DNA from: Amphiscolops sp. MND2022 | Lineage: Eukaryota | DNA length: 64,000 nucleotides | Assembly: GCA_964187785.1 (NCBI GenBank) | Contig: OZ076409.1 | Location: 60,946,001-61,010,000, forward strand | Direction of reading: 5' to 3' | In this document: positions 59,701-64,000 of the stretch, piece after piece | How the letters are laid out: the number at the start of each line of letters is the position of its first letter | Numbering within the stretch: position 1 is the stretch's first letter | Program-made: the position numbers and the translations under genes | Notes under the pieces: generated by a model | What the model saw: the letters and a program-made list of their open reading frames with translations, nothing else | Database searches by the model: none | Told to the model about the DNA's origin: nothing

Positions 59701-61560
59701 AGCGAGATAACAAGTGCAAATAAACAAACAATTAAACAAATAGCAGCAACCATAACAAGCGCGCAAGAAAGCAATTACAGTGCGAATTCAAGCGACAGCG
59801 AACAGATTAACAATAAAGCAAATTCCAGCGACAGTGATCAAATGAGCGACGAGCTAATACAAGAGGCTAACAAGCCACCCATAAAAACGCCACAATGCTA
59901 CTCGGTGAACCAAATCGAGGTTCTACAATCTCTGGGCAACTTTACATTTGCCTCACAATATGAATCCGACGAGTTTCTGCAAAAAGTAATTGGGCTAATA
60001 AAAAAGCCAGACGCAACCAAAATAAATCGACTGCCAACACCGTGGCGCGAAAAGTTTCGATGCCTTAGCTTAGACAACCACGACTTTATGTACATGGACG
60101 AGCGTCTCGTCATTCCAAAATTATTGCGACCAATTATTATGCGGTCACTGCATTATGGCCATCCCGGTAGGGATAGTATGCTCGCCACAGTCAGCAATGT
60201 ATGGTGGCCGAAGTTACACAGAGAAGTAGTAACAATCGCAAAGAACTGCCCACAATGCTGTAACGCCGGTAAGAATATTAAAACTATACTAAGGCAAAAA
60301 CAAGTTGGTAAACTACCTAGTTGCTCCGAAAATAATCAAGAGATAGCAATAGACTTCGCGGGCCCATTTCAAAATGCAATTCATGCAAGAAAATACTTAT
60401 TAGTCTCAATAGATCATTTTTCAGGCTGGCCAGAAGCAAAATTCTTAAGCAAGCCAACAACTGACAATGTAATAGAGTTTTTGAGAAACTATATATCAAG
60501 ACACGGGATCCCCAAGATAATTAGGACGGACCCAGCCACAATTTTTCGAAGTAGAAAATTCAAGGAATTTTGTAACAAATGGCTGATAAAACATATCGAG
60601 TGCCCAATAAGCGATCACCGTGGAAACGGAAAAATCGAACGGCTGATCAGAACAATAAACGAACGGTTAAGAACAAATAAGGAAATAGTGGTAAAGAGAG
60701 ATAAGTCTGGGTTATCGGAAATATTATTTGCCTTGAGAATGAACCCATCAAGAACAGGAAAATCGCCATTTGAAAAATACACTGGAGTAGAACCGAACAC
60801 GATAAAGAAACTAGTTATAAACCGTGACAAATTCATTTCAGAAAACCCAGAATTTCCCCTCACAGAGACGGACTTCGAGAGTGGCCAAGACTCAACAATA
60901 CTAGTAAGAGAACGAGCCAGGGGAAGCAAGCTAGAAGGCAGCTTCAAGAAAAGAAAGGGCGTGCTTTTAGAACAGTCGAACCACACAATCACGTTCCTAC
61001 CCGCAGGTAGCAACAATCCATCGGTCCTGTCAAAAAGAGACATCGGATACAATAACGAAGACCAGCCATGCTGCTCAAAAGAGGCAGATAAGAGAAAGCA
61101 GACGAAAATAGTGGAGCTGCCAACTACAAGCGAGCAAGCAAATAGAAGTGAGACAAGCAACCAAAGCTTACCGCCAGATGCAGAAGCTGAACGCACGCAC
61201 GAGCCAATCAAAAGACAGAACGAAAAGAAAGCGCCGGCAATGAAACAGTTCAAGGAGAAAATAGCGAAGAGAAAACAAAAACAAAAGAAAAACAAAACCG
61301 AAAAACAACCCACAATCTGGGAACAATCTGAAAATTCAGACACTGAAGAAGAAACAATCAACGCAGACGAAGAGAAGAACATGCAAAATGAAGAAACAAC
61401 TACCGCGCATGAAGAGAAGAATGAGCAGAACCAACCCAAGGCAGAAAAAGAAAGAGAAAGGGCTGAGCCAAGAAGGGGGGAAAGGAGCCGAAATAAAACT
61501 GAATTCTACGGTCACAATGTGATGATAACCAACATTGACCAGAGCCCGGAAAAACAATAA
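56704..61560 (+). CDS. gag-pol: Single-ORF Gag-PR-RT-RNase H-IN polyprotein, 1618 aa
   Basis: CRNCGVTGHFARMC knuckle, IDSGS protease, FIDD RT, CDAS...ELE...SDH RNase H, HYGH...CPQC and DFAG/RTD/KIE integrase, in Gypsy domain order. Confidence 0.98.
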   Translation: MALRDNSFESSGKQTTSSSSALAGLPAYWECPEVPPKAEWEKWWELFVMAINAKHAISVTELLRTPTQNSPRQAALLNNLNEQAAERKVVSILFLSLGVAGRKNLTDKFPYMTVATAPLTEIKENCEQTFYKPRNRTLERYKFFARKQQSHESLRQFWNILTGLAARCEFGEQTEGLIMDAFIQNMRHKTVQERLCTEPKENPKEALQFAIAYEEGISQQKNFAGGAEIKTEPVMAVEGRTTRNPCTRCGFEFSQNHLAACKAKTEKCRNCGVTGHFARMCKRPRAGNSRGAGRNQNSGNMRRVNMIEQSADQSGGSSEWDEDNIVLHVNGVGVKPFVLKGKINKQQFSTMIDSGSPITIFTKEDLCQILKTDLIFARPLPKNEEYVDYNGRPLNLVGYITVDVEVGKQKMTRARIVISRDGKKSLIGRDWLTKLNYRLTEKQNEGECKNIVNNIVRKEELSPELKQIQKKFPKVFKRTGKIIGHTIKIEFKEGAKITQQKGRRVPLQLQQAVDKEIKNLLEAGHIRKIDKVTDEMFIQPVVITVKKDRSVKIALDARSLNNAILKNKYQMPDLESLMDKIAEVINSKQEGEVFFTSLDMQYAYGQTQLHPETAKHCNFQIVGGETTGTYAFNTGFYGLTTMPPEFQKIMDNILHELNNTFTFIDDILIVTKGTKDDHLKKVEETIKVLDEAGVRLKIEKCMIAKRETEWLGYILSAEGIKPINEKVQAITEKLRPKNLKDLRSFMGAINQLNKFIPNLANICAPLRPLLKHDNEWKWEKEHEEAFEKIKEAIRKITELKHFKRDLPLRIICDASREGLGAMLQQEQEEGWETTHYASRFLTEFEQKYSINELELLAVVWAVEYFRNFVYGTEFEVVSDHKALTTILRGNRGNKTYSSRLTRWVDRLLPFQFRVVHAPGRTMGMADYLSRHPSESKGNDNKIKAEELWHNWFTVNEITKQSNSVLDTANRIQREEAKQPMSEKLATSSERHAKVKAEKVSEITSANKQTIKQIAATITSAQESNYSANSSDSEQINNKANSSDSDQMSDELIQEANKPPIKTPQCYSVNQIEVLQSLGNFTFASQYESDEFLQKVIGLIKKPDATKINRLPTPWREKFRCLSLDNHDFMYMDERLVIPKLLRPIIMRSLHYGHPGRDSMLATVSNVWWPKLHREVVTIAKNCPQCCNAGKNIKTILRQKQVGKLPSCSENNQEIAIDFAGPFQNAIHARKYLLVSIDHFSGWPEAKFLSKPTTDNVIEFLRNYISRHGIPKIIRTDPATIFRSRKFKEFCNKWLIKHIECPISDHRGNGKIERLIRTINERLRTNKEIVVKRDKSGLSEILFALRMNPSRTGKSPFEKYTGVEPNTIKKLVINRDKFISENPEFPLTETDFESGQDSTILVRERARGSKLEGSFKKRKGVLLEQSNHTITFLPAGSNNPSVLSKRDIGYNNEDQPCCSKEADKRKQTKIVELPTTSEQANRSETSNQSLPPDAEAERTHEPIKRQNEKKAPAMKQFKEKIAKRKQKQKKNKTEKQPTIWEQSENSDTEEETINADEEKNMQNEETTTAHEEKNEQNQPKAEKERERAEPRRGERSRNKTEFYGHNVMITNIDQSPEKQ
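56705..56718 (+). promoter_or_regulatory. Primer-binding site TGGCGCTGCGAGAC
   Basis: Directly after the LTR CA; TGG pairs with tRNA CCA; a tRNA-Ser-like primer is inference only. Confidence 0.85.
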
Positions 61561-61810
61561 GCCAGGAGTTGCCAACTCCAAGGAAGCTGTCACCTCACGG
61601 CGACATGACAACAAACTCAAAACTGGTATTTACCATATTACATTACCATATTATTGGCGCTACTTGTAGTTTTAATTGAGTTAACTGGTATAACAAATAC
61701 CATTCATTAACTGAGTACATTAGTATGATTATACCGAATTAATGTACAATTTTAGTTCATCAAAAAGCAGCTGTAAATCTGTATTAACCTGATTGTCCAA
61801 TCACTTATAA

Positions 61811-61819
61811 ACTGGGGGA
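61811..61819 (+). promoter_or_regulatory. Polypurine tract ACTGGGGGA
   Basis: Directly before the 3' LTR. Confidence 0.8.
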
Positions 61820-62012
61820 TGTGAGAGAGTGCACTCTCGAACACTCAAACGAAAAAGAGACTGGTTGTGTAACACTTTATTAAAGTTGTTTACCAACAAA
61901 AAGAGTGCTCACAAGAAAAGTGAGAACGGCCACTTGCCACATGGTCTACATACAATACAGTATTAACAGCTCTATTGTTTTGATTCTCCTTCGAGATAGC
62001 ATAGCTACAACA
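61820..62012 (+). repeat. 3' LTR (193 bp)
   Basis: Matches the 5' LTR. Confidence 0.98.
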
Positions 62013-63555
62013 CTCCTCCAATTTTTGAACAGCGTTAACCCAAGATCTCAGGTGTATCCGGTTTTTTTTCCACACTGTTGCCATATGATTCTTTTGTATT
62101 TGGTTTTCTTTGTCTTTAAGTCAAAAAATCAATCCTTTTCAAAAAAATCAGTTTGTGATGTTTCAAGTTAGGAAAAGTCTTTTCAGACTTGGAAGTACCG
62201 CTTTTGAAATTTATTCGTCACTGAACCACTTTTTTGATGATATTTTCTACCAAAAAGTCAACCAACGCAGAATTTCCCGATAAATCAGTGTCGAATTTCC
62301 GTATCTTTTTGAATAGAACTATACTAAATGCCGTTTTCTGAAGTAACAATGAAAAATGAGGTATAGCCGATTTTTGACTACTGAATTTGCAAAAGAGGTG
62401 AGAGTACCTACTTTTATACAACTCCTTTTCGCATGAACTAGGTTTCAGATCTGAAGAGGCATTTCAGTTGTGATTATTCTGTTGTTTCTAGTCGGCGTTT
62501 CCGAAGAAAACGCACGACTCTTACAGTGGCTATTTTTTTCGCCAGTTCAACGCGCGGTCCACTTTTTTTTGCACTGTGCACTTTTGTCATAAGTACTCAG
62601 TACTCCATTTTGAACGCATCCAAAGCCTACAACACCATTCCAAAGCAGAAGGATCCCCCTTTTCATTTTTTTTTGACACTATGAGACTTCCACCTTCTTT
62701 TCGCCTTTTTTCGAAAATTTTTTAATGTCTCCAAAGGGTCCCCTCTTATTTTATTGTATGTTGGAACAGACTGGATGTTAAAAACCCCAAATGGTCACCT
62801 CCTTAGGGTTTTCTCTCAATTTTTTGTTTTTTGAGAGCCTTTCGGTTGAGCAAGATGGTTTTATCGCTGTTTCCAGTTAGAGAAAAGGTGGTTTTCTAGT
62901 CTTATGCGTATCCCTTCGGGCATTTTTTAGCACTGTAAAATTGATGAAATTTTAACAATGGTGTCATTTTGCATATTTAAAAAAACATTCAGTATTTTGA
63001 ATCTTAGCGGGGCACCGACTTGGGCCGTTTCCGGCTTGTTTCTTTTTCAAATAACTGAGTATTGTAAATGTAAGATATTTTCTTTGAACCATCTTATAAC
63101 AGATTACCTAAAAATTGCACTGATACTGCGCTTTTGTTAAAATTCATTTTCGTTCATAAGTTGAAAAGTAAAAAAAATGAATTTTTACTTTTCTCTAGTC
63201 TAGGATTCATTGCAAGATAGACCCTTTTTCAAAGTATTCAACGAAGAAAAACTTGAAGACATCAAAAATCATCAAATTTTTATGCAGAAGGCTTTACCAG
63301 GAAATTGACAGGTCTATCCAGAATTGCTTCTAACATGACAAATAACTGTTAGATCAAAAAATTTTACCTAGCAATAACTTCAACCTCACGAGATAAACCT
63401 TTGGACTATTTTTTCAACGGGAAAAGCCCTATTGATAGCCGCCGTGGGAACGCGGAGGTTATCCATAAATTGCTTACGATAATATTTCAAAGTTTGTACT
63501 GAAAAACACTAAATTTTGTACCATTTTCAAAGATTGCAAGACATGAAAACAAAAC

Positions 63556-63654
63556 TTGCAAATGGTCACCTTGGGTTTTTGCGAGGTGCACACATTTTTC
63601 CAGATAGGAGACGGGATCACTTGGTCTGCTGTACAGCATTCCGGTCAGCATAGC
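63556..63654 (-). CDS. Host exon encoding an RIIa/Dpy-30-type docking domain (AK5 N-terminus-like)
   Basis: TTTTCAG|AMLTGMLYSRPSDPVSYLEKCVHLAKTQGDHLQ|GT, 99 nt, phase 0/0; resembles AK5 SLLNGLMCSKPEDPVEYLESC. Confidence 0.6.
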
Positions 63655-64000
63655 CTGAAAAATAATTCGATCTCGCTGGTGTAAAAACAACTTGACTATC
63701 TTGGTTAAAAGTACATGGAAAATGTGTCCGAACGGTCCACAAAAGGAATAATTTTCGACAATACATCCATTTCACGTGTCGTTTAGTCGTGAATCATAAG
63801 GGTTTCTTAGGTTTTCCCAGTTGTGTCAGGGTTCTTTACTAAATTTACGTTACATAGGAATACATTAAATATCAACCACAAAGTTTTTTCAATAAATTCC
63901 ACAAAATCGTTCCAAAATGTTCTTTTTTCTGTTGTGTTGCGTCCAGATGGGCACGGTTGCGATCCAAAGAGAAAACTTATTCAATTTATACACTTAACAA

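Larger units (their letters stand above)
56512..62012 (+). mobile_element. Complete, young Ty3/Gypsy LTR retrotransposon
   Basis: TG...CA LTRs that look identical by eye; 5-bp TSD CTCCT (56507-56511, 62013-62017); PBS, PPT, intact ORF. Confidence 0.98.

Noticed and set aside
60615-61439. Long antisense ORFs over Gypsy pol (also 41378, 46675, 57153)
   Set aside because: Expected shadows of A-rich coding strands; no motifs.
62572-62578. CACAGTG (- strand) as a Transib-type terminus
   Set aside because: No matching opposite terminus or TSD found in the window.

Overview
AT-rich eukaryotic (metazoan-like, inferred) repeat-dense window with spliceosomal introns; no prokaryotic genes, rRNA, tRNA or CRISPR array. 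It has three layers. (1) 1.3-21.6 kb: a compact block of spliced, mostly intact genes. These encode a RING finger, a RAG1/Transib-like DDE transposase with a 13-aa repeat array and a BRCT-like tail, a PR-Set7/SET8-type SET protein with a possible recombinase-like N-terminus, a Tudor-like protein, and a complete 7-exon C2H2-zinc-finger + JmjC demethylase. My best hypothesis is a giant transposon carrying a chromatin writer/eraser/reader toolkit. (2) A composite interspersed repeat (~200-bp hairpin satellite 'B' plus tandem-repeat arm 'A') in about 15 copies; it sits in introns and flanks a 4-copy cargo cassette as inverted arms. (3) At least 14 fragments or derivatives of diverse Ty3/Gypsy families, enriched for the RNase H-linker-integrase part: all + strand left of ~35 kb and all - strand from 37 to 55 kb. 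There is also one young, complete Gypsy element (56512-62012; identical 193-bp LTRs, CTCCT TSD, single 1618-aa gag-pol). A probable host exon (RIIa/Dpy-30-type docking domain, AK5-like) lies near the right end. All protein-family calls come from motif recognition by eye, not database searches. Coordinates of degenerate repeats and fragments are approximate.
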